A stretch of DNA of 63,567 nt, filler included, from 5 parts of 5 records of this genome joined end to end with filler, not necessarily neighbours in it, one strand, 5' to 3'; counted from the first letter of the whole stretch, positions 20,579 to 31,381 are shown. Notes: generated by a model from the sequence alone, not told the origin. Made by a program: numbers and translations.

Positions 20579-21910
20579 TTATCCCCGGTCTTGAAGGCCG
20601 TAAAACGTGTAGGCAAAAGGCAGCACCGCACGCCGCCAGCGACCCAGTTCAAACCGTCTTGGAACGGAACGCAAGAGGGCAGGTGTCGTCGGCCCGTCAC
20701 CGGTGATCTGAGCGGCAAGAAGCCGCCCGGCATAGCTGCCCATGGCGACGCCATTGCCGTGATAGCACATGGCGGTCCAGGCGTTGTCCATGCCGTCGAT
20801 CGGCCCCGCATAGGGCACCAGATCGCGCGCCAGTGCCAAAAGGCCCGACCAGAAATGCGGCGTTTCAACGTGCCGCCATTCCGGGAAGATCCGGTCAAAA
20901 TCGGCGCGTGCAATGGCGCGGGTCTGGGCATGGGCGCCGGGCGTCGTCTTCATTGCGCCGCGCAGGCCAAAGAGCATCCGTTTGTCAGGCATCAACCTGA
21001 AATAATGCAACAAATGCCGCGTGTCATAGCACATCTGATGACTGGTCCAGCCCTGTGCCGACAGCTCCGCGTCGGTCAAGGGCCGCGTCACCAGAACGTT
21101 GGATTGCACTGGCAGATAGCGCCCGGCCAGCCAGCCCGGCAGGTCGTCGGAACTGTAGCCGTTTGTGGCCACGATCAGCGTATTTGCACGCAGCTGCCCG
21201 CCCGCCGTCGTCAGAACGTGGCGCCCGTTGTCCCGGCCGATCCCAGTGACCGCGGAGTGCCCGAAAATCCGCCCGCCAGCCGCCTGAACGGCGCGCGCCA
21301 GACCAAGCGCGTATTTCATCGGGTTCAGTGCAAAGCCAATCGGCGTCGTCAGCGCGCCGTGAAACTCGGGGCTGGCCAAGCCCCGTTCGCGCAACGCATC
21401 GCGGGGCAGCAACTCGCTTTCCACCTGCTGGAACCGGCGCATTTCCTCTGCCAACCCTTCCAGCGCCGCAATATCCTTGGGGCGGAACGCCAGCAGGGTT
21501 TCGCCATCGGAATGGGTGTCCGCGTCGATCCCGAGCCGGTCCAGCAAACTGGCAACGTGATCCACCGCCGCGCGTTCCGCGTTGTAGTAGTTCTGCGTCT
21601 CTGCTTCGCCATAGCGTTTGAGCAAACTCGCAGACCCAGCCTTTGCGCCCCCGAGACAGCAGAAACCGCCGTTTCGGCCCGACGCCCCCCATCCCGGCTG
21701 CTCGGCCTCCAGCACAACCACATCACGGCCTGCCTCGGCCAGCGCCAAGGCCGCGTTCAGACCGGTAAACCCTGCGCCGATGATGGCAATCTCGGCCTCC
21801 AAAGGGGCATCCAGCGGCGCATGGACCGGCACCGCATCGACCGTGGTCGGCCAAAAGCTCTCCGCGATCGGGTCCGGGCCATAGGCCATTGGTTCATAAA
21901 GACGGCGCAT
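20579..21910 (-). CDS. FAD-dependent oxidoreductase (gamma-glutamylputrescine oxidase PuuB-like)
   Basis: IGAGFTGL, GWGASGRNGG, ATNGY, YHGNGV. Confidence 0.85.
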   Translation of the reverse strand: MRRLYEPMAYGPDPIAESFWPTTVDAVPVHAPLDAPLEAEIAIIGAGFTGLNAALALAEAGRDVVVLEAEQPGWGASGRNGGFCCLGGAKAGSASLLKRYGEAETQNYYNAERAAVDHVASLLDRLGIDADTHSDGETLLAFRPKDIAALEGLAEEMRRFQQVESELLPRDALRERGLASPEFHGALTTPIGFALNPMKYALGLARAVQAAGGRIFGHSAVTGIGRDNGRHVLTTAGGQLRANTLIVATNGYSSDDLPGWLAGRYLPVQSNVLVTRPLTDAELSAQGWTSHQMCYDTRHLLHYFRLMPDKRMLFGLRGAMKTTPGAHAQTRAIARADFDRIFPEWRHVETPHFWSGLLALARDLVPYAGPIDGMDNAWTAMCYHGNGVAMGSYAGRLLAAQITGDGPTTPALLRSVPRRFELGRWRRAVLPFAYTFYGLQDRG

Positions 21911-21914
21911 GGGG

Positions 21915-23255
21915 TCAGAGACGGCTCAGGTAATAGCGGTATTCCACCGGAGTGATCAGGCTCGTCAGGGTCTGCACCTCGTCGTTTTTCACGGCTGTAT
22001 AGACGAAGCGATACTCCTCGCCAAAGATCTCTGCCGCGTGGTCGGATTCCGCGAACCGTTCCACCGCATCATACCAGTCATGGCCCAGAGGATCGGCAGG
22101 CTGCGCGCCCGGTTCATCCAGAGGTGGCGGCAGTTCGGGGTCGGTGTCTATGCCGTGCAGAATGCCGCCAAGGATCGCGGTCAACACCAGATAGGGGTTC
22201 ACATCGGCCCCGGCGATCCGGTGTTCCAGACGCGCGCCCTTGCCCTCGATTTCCGGCAGGCGCACCCCGGCGGACCGGTTGTCGAGCCCCCAATCCGGGC
22301 CAGAGGGTGCAAAGCTCATTCTCTGGAAACGGCGGTAGGAATTCATGTGGGGGGCAAAGATCACCTGAAGGTCGGCCATGGTGTCGAGCACCCCCGCCAC
22401 CGCCTGTTTCAACACCGGCGACGGTCCGGTCTGGCCGGGTTCGGGGGTAAAGACGTTGTTGCCCTCATCATCCAGAACCGAGCAATGCACATGCATCCCG
22501 TTGCCCGGCGCGTCGGCGTAGGGCTTGGCCATGAAGGTGGCTTCCATCCCGTGCCGCGCCACGATCCCGCGCACCAACCGACGGAAGAAAATCGCCGTCT
22601 CGGCAGCGCGCAGAACGTCGTCCGTGTGGTGAAAGTTCACCTCGAACTGACCGGGTCCGTATTCCGCAATCAGCGTGTCGGTTTCCAGACCTTGCGTTTC
22701 GCAGGCGTTGAGGATCTCGGTCAGGATCGCCTCTTGCCGGGCCACGACCTCCAGATCGTAGTTCTGGGCCATCGGCGTGCGCGCGGGCGGCTCTGGCGGG
22801 TCGTCCCCGCGTTCGCGCGGGCGAAGGAGATAGAACTCCAGCTCGGTCGCGACAACGGGATGCCAGCCACGGTCTTTGAACCGCCCCAGCATGCCCTTCA
22901 GCAGCTCACGCGGAGAGATTGGACTGGGCCCGCCTTCTGGCGTCAGCATCTCGACCTGAAGCTGAGCCACATTGCCGGGCATCCACGGCACCGGGGAAAG
23001 TGTGCCGGGCACGGGCACCAGCACCCCGTCGGGATCGCCCACGACAATGCCTAGCCCTGTGGCCTCCACCTCGTTGCCCATGATCGCGGGCGCGTAGGTG
23101 GAATAGGGCAGCCGCACGGTGCCGGCCTCCAGCTTGCCGATGGCATCGCCGGGCAGCCATTTGCCGCGCAAGACCGCGTTGATATCGCACAGCATCAGCT
23201 CGATACGCTCGGGCCGCCCGTGCGCCGCGCAATAGGCCTCGTATTCCTGGTTCAT
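21915..23255 (-). CDS. Glutamine synthetase-like gamma-glutamyl-amine ligase (PuuA-like)
   Basis: ELEFYL, EYGPGQFE, ATFMAKP, GNGMHVH, NSYRR, DNRS, EHRIAGADVNPY; ATGA overlap with potI. Confidence 0.9.
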   Translation of the reverse strand: MNQEYEAYCAAHGRPERIELMLCDINAVLRGKWLPGDAIGKLEAGTVRLPYSTYAPAIMGNEVEATGLGIVVGDPDGVLVPVPGTLSPVPWMPGNVAQLQVEMLTPEGGPSPISPRELLKGMLGRFKDRGWHPVVATELEFYLLRPRERGDDPPEPPARTPMAQNYDLEVVARQEAILTEILNACETQGLETDTLIAEYGPGQFEVNFHHTDDVLRAAETAIFFRRLVRGIVARHGMEATFMAKPYADAPGNGMHVHCSVLDDEGNNVFTPEPGQTGPSPVLKQAVAGVLDTMADLQVIFAPHMNSYRRFQRMSFAPSGPDWGLDNRSAGVRLPEIEGKGARLEHRIAGADVNPYLVLTAILGGILHGIDTDPELPPPLDEPGAQPADPLGHDWYDAVERFAESDHAAEIFGEEYRFVYTAVKNDEVQTLTSLITPVEYRYYLSRL

Positions 23256-24073
23256 TGTTGCGCCTGTTCCGCCATTTGTTCGTCGCGCTGTTGTTGCACG
23301 ATCCGGCGTTTGCTGACCAACGAGGCCGAGATCACCCCGATGGTCACGATGAGGATGAGGATCGTCGACAGCGCGTTGATTTCCGGGCTGACGCCAAGAC
23401 GCACCGACGAGAAGATCTTGATCGGCAGCGTCGTTGCCGATGGTCCGGCGGTGAAAGAGGCAATCACCAGATCGTCGAGCGACAGGGTGAAGGCCAGCAG
23501 CCAACCGGCGATCACCGCAGGGGCGATCAGCGGCAGGGTCACCGATTTGAACGCATCAAAGGGCGTGCAGCCGAGGTCAAGCGCTGCTTCCTCTACCGAC
23601 CGATCAAAGCTGACCAGACGCGAGGATACCACCACCGACACGTAGCACATGGAAAAGGTCGTGTGCGCGAGGATGATGGTATAGATGCCCCGGTCGAAAC
23701 CGATCGAGATGAACAGCAGCAACAGCGACAGACCGGTGATCACCTCTGGCATCACCAACGGTGCATAGATCATGCCCGAAAACAGCGTCCGGCCCCTGAA
23801 CCTGCCGCCGCGCACCAAAACATAGGCTGCCATGGTTCCCAGAACCGTGGCCATTGTAGAGGACACGAAAGCCACCCGCAAAGTCACCCAGGCCGCATCA
23901 AGGAAGGCCTGATCGCGGAACAGCTCACCATACCAATGGGTCGAGAACCCGGCCCAGACCGTCACAAGACGGGACGAGTTGAAGCTGTAGATCACGAGGA
24001 TGATCATCGGGATGTAAAGGAAGGCAAAGCCCATGGTCAGGGCTGTTGCATTGAACCAGGAAAACCGTCTCAT
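23252..24073 (-). CDS. potI: Polyamine ABC transporter permease (PotI/PotC)
   Basis: FLYIPM..L..YSFN.S, EEAALDLG EAA motif, TLSLDDLVIASF. Confidence 0.9.
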   Translation of the reverse strand: MRRFSWFNATALTMGFAFLYIPMIILVIYSFNSSRLVTVWAGFSTHWYGELFRDQAFLDAAWVTLRVAFVSSTMATVLGTMAAYVLVRGGRFRGRTLFSGMIYAPLVMPEVITGLSLLLLFISIGFDRGIYTIILAHTTFSMCYVSVVVSSRLVSFDRSVEEAALDLGCTPFDAFKSVTLPLIAPAVIAGWLLAFTLSLDDLVIASFTAGPSATTLPIKIFSSVRLGVSPEINALSTILILIVTIGVISASLVSKRRIVQQQRDEQMAEQAQQ

Positions 24074-24966
24074 GCGTCGGCCTCCTGGTTCTTTTCCTGG
24101 TTCTTCTGGAACAGGATGATGGGGATCACGAGGATCAGCAACAGGATGATCGCCACGGCGGAGGCCACCGGCCAGTCGCGGTTCGAGAAGAACTCTTCCC
24201 ACAGCACCTTGCCGATCATCAGCGTGGACGACCCGCCCAGAAGCGACGGGATCACAAATTCACCCAAAGCCGGGATGAAAACCAGGAAACTGCCCGCGAT
24301 GATGCCCGAGCGCGACAGCGGCAATGTAATGATCCAGAACGCCGACAGGCGCGAACAGCCCAGATCCTCGGCCGCTTCCAGAAGGCTTTCATCCATGCGT
24401 TCCAGCGTCGCGTAGATGGGCAGGATCATGAACGGCAGATAGGTGTAGACGATGCCGATATAGACCGCCGTGGGCGTGTTCATGATCTGCAAGGGCTCGG
24501 AGATAATGCCGATCCACAGCAGCAACTGGTTCAGATAACCCTCGGTCGACAGGATGCCGATCCATGCATAGACGCGGATCAGGAAGCTCGTCCAGAACGG
24601 CAGGATCACCAGCATCATCAGCATTGGCCGCCATTCCGGGGCCGCCTTGGCCATGCCATAGGCAATCGGATAGCCCACGCACAGCGTCAGGAAGGTCGAA
24701 ATCAGGGCGATCTTCAACGAAGACAGGTAGGCCCGCCAATAGAGATCATCCTCGGTCAGGAAAATGTAGTTTTCCCAGTCGAGCGCGCCGAAGAAGTCTC
24801 GCAGACCCTGCCAGCCTTCGGACAGGTCCAGCGTCGGCGTATAGGGCGGGATCGAAACCGCGTAATCCGACAGCGATATCTTGAAGATGATCCCGAAGGG
24901 CACGAGGAACAGCAGCAAGAGCCAGAGATACGGGATTCCGATCAGGGTGCGGCGGGCGAGGTTCAT
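24070..24966 (-). CDS. potH: Polyamine ABC transporter permease (PotH/PotB)
   Basis: LPFWTSFLIRVYAW, LLEAAEDLG, FIPALGEFVIP, NRDWPVASA. Confidence 0.9.
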   Translation of the reverse strand: MNLARRTLIGIPYLWLLLLFLVPFGIIFKISLSDYAVSIPPYTPTLDLSEGWQGLRDFFGALDWENYIFLTEDDLYWRAYLSSLKIALISTFLTLCVGYPIAYGMAKAAPEWRPMLMMLVILPFWTSFLIRVYAWIGILSTEGYLNQLLLWIGIISEPLQIMNTPTAVYIGIVYTYLPFMILPIYATLERMDESLLEAAEDLGCSRLSAFWIITLPLSRSGIIAGSFLVFIPALGEFVIPSLLGGSSTLMIGKVLWEEFFSNRDWPVASAVAIILLLILVIPIILFQKNQEKNQEADA

Positions 24967-24975
24967 GATGCCCCC

Positions 24976-25489
24976 CTACCCGGCCAACACGAGGCCGGCA
25001 GTGTCCGTCCAGGACAGCCAGACCTCGTCTTCCCAAGTGAAACTGCGCCGGGACAGACGCCGGTTGTTGGCTGCCTGCGCTTTCATCAAAGTGCCATCCG
25101 ACAGCGCGACGTGATAGGTGGAGATATTGCCCAGATAGGCGATGTCATGGATGCGGCCCCGCACGACATTGTTCATGCCTTCGGGCCGTTCGGCGCTGAT
25201 CGCCACTTTCTCGGGCCGGATTGCAAAGGTGGCGCTGCCCGCGGTCAGGCCGTCCCCCGCCGTGCCGATGATCTCGGGCTGACCTTCCGCCCAGGACAGG
25301 GTGGCAAGCCCCCCGTCCTTCAGCGCGGCCGTTCCGGTGATCAGGTTCACGTCGCCGATGAAATCGGCCACATAGACCGAATTGGGCGTCTCGTAGATGC
25401 GGGCAGGCGTGTCGACCTGAATGACCTTGCCGTTGTCCATCACCGCAACGCGGCTGGCGACGGTCATGGCCTCTTCCTGGTCGTGGGTC
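24976..25489 (-). CDS. potG: Polyamine ABC transporter ATP-binding protein, C-terminal part (5'-truncated)
   Basis: THDQEEAMTVASRVAVM H-loop, IYETPNS..VADFIG, IRPEK, TOBE domain. Confidence 0.85.
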
Positions 25490-25589
25490 NNNNNNNNNNN
25501 NNNNNNNNNNNNNNNNNNNNNNNNNNNNNNNNNTTAATTAATTAANNNNNNNNNNNNNNNNNNNNNNNNNNNNNNNNNNNNNNNNNNNN
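25490..25589. other. Artificial contig linker
   Basis: 44 N + TTAATTAATTAA (stops in all frames) + 44 N. Confidence 0.99.
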
Positions 25590-26603
25590 CACGATGATCG
25601 TATCAAGGCCCTTGGCAAACTCTTTCACAATGGCATCGTCCAGCGGCCAGACAACGCCCACTTTCAGCAGGCGCACAGGTTCGCCGCCCAGGGTTTTGCC
25701 GTCAAACCCCATGCCGCCCAGCGCCTGGTTCAAATCTTGCCACGCCTTACCGGCCGCCACCACACCGATGCGGGCATCTTTGGCGCCAGACAGGCGGTTC
25801 ACATCATTGGCGCGAATATATTCTAGCGCCATATGAATGCGGATATCATAGAGTTGGCGCTCTTGCTCCATGGTGGGCATAAAGGGCGCAATGCCGTAAT
25901 GGCGCTCTTTTGCGGGCATTGTGATTTTCGGATGATCGGGCGAAACCCGCACGCTGCCGCCACCTTCGACAACGTCAGTCACCAGCTTCATGCCGGTCAG
26001 ACAGCCCGAATGCCGGCTCAGCGCGATACCGTGCAAGCCATAATCCAGCACCTCTTGGGCATTGGCCGGGGCAAAGAGGGGAATGCCGGCAGAGACAAAA
26101 TTGAAATCAGAATAGCACGCCACCGTGCTGGATTTTGCGCCATGATCATCGCCCACCAGCAGCAAGGTGCCACCCTTTTCGTTGGTGCCGGCAAAATTGG
26201 CGTGGCGCAGCGGGTCCATCGAACGATCCATACCCGGCGCCTTGCCATACCAGATCGAAAACACCCCCTCGACCTTGGCACCGGGAAACAGCCCCACCAT
26301 CTGGCTGCCCCAAGTGGCAGTGGCGGCCAGGTCTTCGTTCACGCCAGGCTGGAAATACACGTTGTGCGCGCGCAGCTCTTTTTCCGACTGCCACAGCTCC
26401 ATATCATAGCGCCCAATGGGCGAGCCGCGATAGCCCGAGATATAGCCACCCGTGTTCAGCCCCTGCGCATCATCGCGTTTGCGCTGCTGAATGGGCAGAC
26501 GCACCAGCGCCTGCATCCCCGTCATGTAAACCCAACCGTCCTCGGCAGTCAGCCTGTCACCCAATTCGAAAGACAGCCGTTTATCCTGCGGTGCGTCCAG
26601 CAT
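25590..26603 (-). CDS. Indolepyruvate ferredoxin oxidoreductase family protein (3'-truncated)
   Basis: TG.QALVRLP..Q, GYISGYRGSP, VNEDLAAT, WYGK.PG.DRS, GDDHGAKSS; GGAGG RBS. Confidence 0.9.
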
Positions 26604-26619
26604 GATACCCTCCATGTTC

Positions 26620-26636
26620 GCCCTAACAGTTAGGGC
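26620..26636. promoter_or_regulatory. Inverted repeat upstream of the IOR-family gene
   Basis: GCCCTAAC-A-GTTAGGGC; 1-nt spacer is too short for a hairpin, so more likely an operator. Confidence 0.4.
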
Positions 26637-26825
26637 CCTATTACGCCGCAGGTCCAGAAATTTCCGCATCTTGCAGGCGAGATTTGAACAAATGACGCTG
26701 CGTCGGCCAGCCCCTGCTCTGCCCCTGCGCGATGGTCTTTTCTCAGCACTCAACCGTCGGTCCTTGACATGCCGGGGCGCGCGCAAATAGGGCACAAAAC
26801 CACATCAAAGCGGAAGGGCACAGCA

Positions 26826-28004
26826 ATGACCAAGCGAGACACAAGCATAGAGATATTGCGCCAGTTGGTGGCCTTTCCAACCATCTCGACCGATAGCAAT
26901 CTGGCGCTGATCGATTGGGTTGCCGACTATCTGCAACAGGCCGGTGCGCGGGTAGACGTGTTTCACGACCACACCGGCACAAAGGCCAATCTATTCGCCA
27001 CCATCGGTCCCGATATCGAAGGTGGCATCGTGTTATCTGGCCATACCGATGTGGTGCCTGTCGAGGGCCAGACCTGGGCCAGCGATCCGTTCGAATTGCA
27101 CCAGCGCGATGGCCGTCTCTATGGCCGTGGCACCTGCGATATGAAGGGCTTTATTGCCGCCTGCCTTGCCATGGCGCCCGATTTGGGCCGCGCGGCCACC
27201 CATCGCCCCATTCATTTCGCCTTTACCCATGACGAGGAAGTGGGCTGCATCGGGGCCCAGGCGCTGGTGGCGGCATTGCAAGAGCGCGGGATAAAGCCCG
27301 GCATGGCCATCATTGGCGAACCCACCGAGATGCGCGTGATCGAGGGGCACAAGGGCTGTTGCGAATACACCACCCGGTTTCATGGCGCAGCTGGCCACGG
27401 GTCAGAGCCTGATTTGGGTGTGAACGCGGTGGAATACGCGGTGCGCTATGTGGCCCGCCTGATGGCGCTGCGCGACGAGCTGAAACCGCGCGCGCCCGAA
27501 ACCAGCCGCTTTTCGCCCCCCTGGACCACCATCAACACCGGTGGGCTGAATGGCGGCACCGCCCATAATGTGATCCCCAGCTTTGCCGAGGTGATCTGGG
27601 AAATGCGCCCCGTGCAAGAGGCCGATGGCCCCTTTGTGCGCCGCGCCATGGCCGAGTATGTGCAAACCCAGCTGTTGCCCACCATGCAAAAGGTCTGGCC
27701 CGAGGCCCGCATCGAAACCGAAACCATGGGCGAGGTGGCCGGGCTGGAACCCACGCAGGAAAACGAGGCGCGCGATATTGTCTCGGCGCTGACCGGCGCC
27801 AATGGTGCCGATGTTGTGGCCTTTGGCACCGAGGCGGGCTTGTTTCAAAACATGGGCATGGATGTGGTGGTCTGCGGGCCCGGCTCGATCCGCGAGGCGC
27901 ATAAACCAGACGAGTTTATCGCCATCGATCAAATGGATCATTGCCTGCGCATGCTGGCAGGGCTGCGCCCCCATCTGGGCCGCCCCCGCAGCCCGCGCAG
28001 CTAG
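26826..28004 (+). CDS. argE: Acetylornithine deacetylase (M20 family)
   Basis: LSGHTDVVP, YGRGTCDMKGF, DEEVGC, GEPT, AHKPDEF. Confidence 0.9.
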   Translation: MTKRDTSIEILRQLVAFPTISTDSNLALIDWVADYLQQAGARVDVFHDHTGTKANLFATIGPDIEGGIVLSGHTDVVPVEGQTWASDPFELHQRDGRLYGRGTCDMKGFIAACLAMAPDLGRAATHRPIHFAFTHDEEVGCIGAQALVAALQERGIKPGMAIIGEPTEMRVIEGHKGCCEYTTRFHGAAGHGSEPDLGVNAVEYAVRYVARLMALRDELKPRAPETSRFSPPWTTINTGGLNGGTAHNVIPSFAEVIWEMRPVQEADGPFVRRAMAEYVQTQLLPTMQKVWPEARIETETMGEVAGLEPTQENEARDIVSALTGANGADVVAFGTEAGLFQNMGMDVVVCGPGSIREAHKPDEFIAIDQMDHCLRMLAGLRPHLGRPRSPRS

Positions 28005-28081
28005 GCCAGCCCCCTGCGCCACCCCATTGCAGCGGCCTGCCCCAGGCACTAACCATGGGTCAAACCACAGCAGGAGCCCCC

Positions 28082-29329
28082 ATGACCCAAGCCGCGCAAA
28101 ACGACCTTTACCTTGACCGCCTGGCCCAGGTGGCGGTGCACACAGGCCTAAACCTGCAACCGGGCCAAGACCTGGTGCTAACCGCCCCGATCGAGGCCCT
28201 GCCCCTGGTGCGCCGCATCGCCGCTGCCGCCTATCGCGCCGGGGCGGGGGTGGTGACACCCATTTTCAGCGATCCCGATGTCACATTGGCCCGGTTTCAG
28301 CACGGCCAGGACACCACATTCGATCGTGCCGCAGATTGGCTTTACCAAGGCATGGCGCAGGCCTATGCGGGCGGTGCGGCGCGGCTGGCGATTGTGGGCG
28401 ACGACCCAATGCTTTTGTCCGAACAAGACCCCGAAAAAGTGGCCCGCGCCAGCAAGGCCAATGCCATCGCCTATAAACCCGCTTTGGAAAAGATCGCCAA
28501 TTTCGACATCAACTGGAATATCCTGTCTTACCCCAGCACCGCCTGGGCCAGCCGCATGTTTCCCGATCTGCCCCAGGCCGAGGCCACACAGCGCTTGGCA
28601 GATGCCATCTTTGCCGCATCGCGCGTCACCGTAGACGATCCGGTTGCCGCATGGGCCGCCCATAATGACGCGCTGCGCCAGCGCACCCGCTGGCTGAACG
28701 GCCAGCGCTTTTCGGCGCTGCATTTCCGGTCTGATGGCACCGACCTAATGGTGGGGCTGGCGGATGGGCACGAATGGCACGGCGGCGCCTCGACCGCCAA
28801 TAACGGCATCACCTGCAACCCAAACATTCCCACCGAAGAGGTGTTTACCACCCCCCATGCCGCGCGGGTCGAGGGCTATGTGCGCTCGACCAAGCCGCTC
28901 TCGCACCAAGGCAGCTTGATCGACCAGATCGAGATCAGGTTTGAGGGCGGCCAGATCACCAGCGCCCGCGCCGCGCGGGGCGAAAGCGTGCTGCAAAAAC
29001 TGCTGGATACCGATCCAGGCGCCCGCCGCCTGGGCGAGGTGGCGCTGGTGCCGCATTCCTCGCCCATCTCGCAATCGGGGCTGTTGTTTTTGAACACATT
29101 GTTTGACGAAAACGCCGCCTGCCACATTGCACTGGGGCAATGTTATTCAAAATGCTTTGAAAACGGGGCGCAGCTGTCTGGCGAACAGATCGCAGCGCAG
29201 GGCGGCAACAGCAGCATGATCCATGTTGATTGGATGATCGGCGGCGCCGATACCGATATCGACGGCATTTTGCCCGATGGCAGCCGCGTGCCGGTGTTCC
29301 GCAAAGGGGAATGGGCCCACGCGGCCTAA
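28082..29329 (+). CDS. M29 aminopeptidase (AmpS/PepS/aminopeptidase T-like)
   Basis: NPNIPTEEVFTTP, LGEVALV, TLFDENAACHIALG, HVDWMIG; AGGAG RBS. Confidence 0.92.
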   Translation: MTQAAQNDLYLDRLAQVAVHTGLNLQPGQDLVLTAPIEALPLVRRIAAAAYRAGAGVVTPIFSDPDVTLARFQHGQDTTFDRAADWLYQGMAQAYAGGAARLAIVGDDPMLLSEQDPEKVARASKANAIAYKPALEKIANFDINWNILSYPSTAWASRMFPDLPQAEATQRLADAIFAASRVTVDDPVAAWAAHNDALRQRTRWLNGQRFSALHFRSDGTDLMVGLADGHEWHGGASTANNGITCNPNIPTEEVFTTPHAARVEGYVRSTKPLSHQGSLIDQIEIRFEGGQITSARAARGESVLQKLLDTDPGARRLGEVALVPHSSPISQSGLLFLNTLFDENAACHIALGQCYSKCFENGAQLSGEQIAAQGGNSSMIHVDWMIGGADTDIDGILPDGSRVPVFRKGEWAHAA

Positions 29330-29347
29330 GCTTGGCAAGCCGAATGA

Positions 29348-29384
29348 AAAGCCCTATCGTTTTCACGCAAAGCGATAGGGTTTT
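29348..29384. promoter_or_regulatory. 16-bp imperfect stem-loop before LysR (terminator or operator)
   Basis: AAAGCCCTATCGTTTT-cacgc-AAAGCGATAGGGTTTT (two G-U pairs), ending 3 nt before the ATG. Confidence 0.55.
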
Positions 29385-29387
29385 ACA

Positions 29388-30287
29388 ATGATTGGCAAGC
29401 TGGAAATGCTGCTGGCCTTGGCAAAAGAGCACCATTTTGGCCGGGCGGCAGAAACCTTGGGTATCACCCAACCGACGCTATCGAGCGGCATTCGCAATCT
29501 GGAAGAACAGCTGGGCGTGCAGCTGGTGCGGCGCGGCTCGCGCTATGGGGGGTTAACCCCCGAGGGCCAGCGCGCCTTGGTTTGGGCGCGCCAGATCGTG
29601 GGCGACACGCGCCGCCTGCGCGATGATATGCGCGCCGCGCGTGTGGGGCTGTCGGGCCATGTGCGGCTGGCGGTTATCCCCACCGCCTTGACCCAAGCCG
29701 CCAAGCTGACGGCGCATTTCGCCAAAGCCCACCCAGATGTGTCGTTTTCCGTGCTGTCGCGCTCGTCGGTGGAAATTCTGGAATTGCTGGAAAATCTGGA
29801 TGTGGATGCCGGCATTACCTATCTGGATAACGAGCCGCTGGGCCGGGTCAGCACCGCGCCGCTTTATAGCGAAACATACGCGCTGATGTGCCGGGCCGAT
29901 CACCCCCTGGCCCAAGCAAAAACGCTGACCTGGGCAGATCTTGCCGATGTGCAGCTGTCGTTGCTGACGCCTGATATGCAAAACAGGCGCATCATCAACC
30001 GCAATTTCATGCAGGCAGGCATCAGCCCTGAAAGCCGCATTGAAAGCTCGTCTACCATCGTGCTGGCCGCAGCGGTGGTGAATGGCGGGCAGGCCACGGT
30101 GCTGCCCATCGACCATGCCGAATTTCTGGGCCGTGGGCATGGGCTGTCGGTCGTGCCCATTTCCGGCGCCAGCAGCGCCCCCACTGTGGGGCTGATCGCC
30201 CAGTTCCAAGACCCGCAAACACCAGTGTTACAAAGCCTTTTCAAAGAGGCGGCGAAACTGGCCGCCCCGATGGGCGCAGCGCCTTAG
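29388..30287 (+). CDS. LysR family transcriptional regulator
   Basis: HFGRAAETLGITQPTLS.GIR.LE..LGV HTH; substrate-binding domain. Confidence 0.92.
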   Translation: MIGKLEMLLALAKEHHFGRAAETLGITQPTLSSGIRNLEEQLGVQLVRRGSRYGGLTPEGQRALVWARQIVGDTRRLRDDMRAARVGLSGHVRLAVIPTALTQAAKLTAHFAKAHPDVSFSVLSRSSVEILELLENLDVDAGITYLDNEPLGRVSTAPLYSETYALMCRADHPLAQAKTLTWADLADVQLSLLTPDMQNRRIINRNFMQAGISPESRIESSSTIVLAAAVVNGGQATVLPIDHAEFLGRGHGLSVVPISGASSAPTVGLIAQFQDPQTPVLQSLFKEAAKLAAPMGAAP

Positions 30288-31381
30288 GTGTTGAACAGGA
30301 AATGCATCACATCGCCATCCTTGACGATATAGCTTTTGCCCTCGGCGCGCAGCTTGCCCGCATCGCGCGCGCCGGCCTCGCCCTGGCAGGTGATATAATC
30401 GTCATAGGCAATGGTTTCGGCGCGGATGAAGCCCTTTTCAAAATCCCCATGGATCACACCGGCCGCCTGCGGGGCGCTGGTGCCTTGGCGGATGGTCCAG
30501 GCGCGGGCCTCTTTTGGGCCAACGGTGAAATAGGTTTCCAGATGCAACAGCGCATAGCCGGCACGGATCAGCCGGTCTAGCCCAGGTTCGCTCAGGCCCA
30601 TCTCGCCCAGAAACATCTGTGCTTCTTCGTCATCCAGCTGGCTGATTTCTTCCTCGATCCGGGCCGAAATAACCACATGGCTGTTGCCCTGGGCCTGCGC
30701 CATGGCTGCCACGGCTGCGGAATGTGCATTGCCTGCCTCGGCATCAGATTCGGCCACATTGCAGACGTAAAGCACCGGCTTTGTGGTCAGCAGTTGCAGC
30801 ATCTTCCACATTTTCTGGTCTTCCTCGGCCACCTCGACGGTGCGCGCAGGCTGGCCGTTTTCCAACGCCTCTTGGGCTGCTGCCAGCAAACGATCTTGGG
30901 CTGCGGCCTCTTTATCGTTGCCTTTCAGCTTGCGCACCAAATTGGCGCGCCGCTTTTCGATCGATTCCAGATCGGCCAGCATCAATTCGGTTTCAATCGT
31001 GTCCGCATCGGCCACCGGGTCGATGCGCCCCTCGACATGGGTGATATCGCCATCCTCGAAACAGCGCAGCACATGGGCAATGGCATCAACCTCGCGGATA
31101 TTGGCCAAAAACTGGTTGCCCAGCCCCTCGCCCTTGCTGGCGCCTTTCACCAGCCCGGCAATATCCACAAAGGTCATGCGCGTTGGGATAATCTGGCGCG
31201 AGCCTGCGATTTCGGCCAGTTTATCCAGCCGCGCATCGGGCACGTTTACCTCGCCGACATTCGGCTCGATGGTGCAAAAGGGAAAATTCGCAGCCTGCGC
31301 CGCTGCGGTTTTGGTGAGCGCGTTAAACAACGTCGATTTGCCGACATTCGGCAAGCCCACGATCCCCATTTTGAAACCCAT
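30284..31381 (-). CDS. ychF: Redox-regulated ATPase YchF
   Basis: [41 protein letters not shown] domain. Confidence 0.97.
   Translation of the reverse strand: MGFKMGIVGLPNVGKSTLFNALTKTAAAQAANFPFCTIEPNVGEVNVPDARLDKLAEIAGSRQIIPTRMTFVDIAGLVKGASKGEGLGNQFLANIREVDAIAHVLRCFEDGDITHVEGRIDPVADADTIETELMLADLESIEKRRANLVRKLKGNDKEAAAQDRLLAAAQEALENGQPARTVEVAEEDQKMWKMLQLLTTKPVLYVCNVAESDAEAGNAHSAAVAAMAQAQGNSHVVISARIEEEISQLDDEEAQMFLGEMGLSEPGLDRLIRAGYALLHLETYFTVGPKEARAWTIRQGTSAPQAAGVIHGDFEKGFIRAETIAYDDYITCQGEAGARDAGKLRAEGKSYIVKDGDVMHFLFNT

Noticed and set aside
21915..23255. Call as the housekeeping glutamine synthetase glnA
   Set aside because: Its position in a polyamine ABC, oxidase and GATase operon and its short N-terminus fit the PuuA-like ligase subfamily.
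25534..25545. TTAATTAATTAA flanked by N runs, repeated four times
   Set aside because: Artificial scaffold linker, not biological; ORFs starting or ending in it are artefacts.
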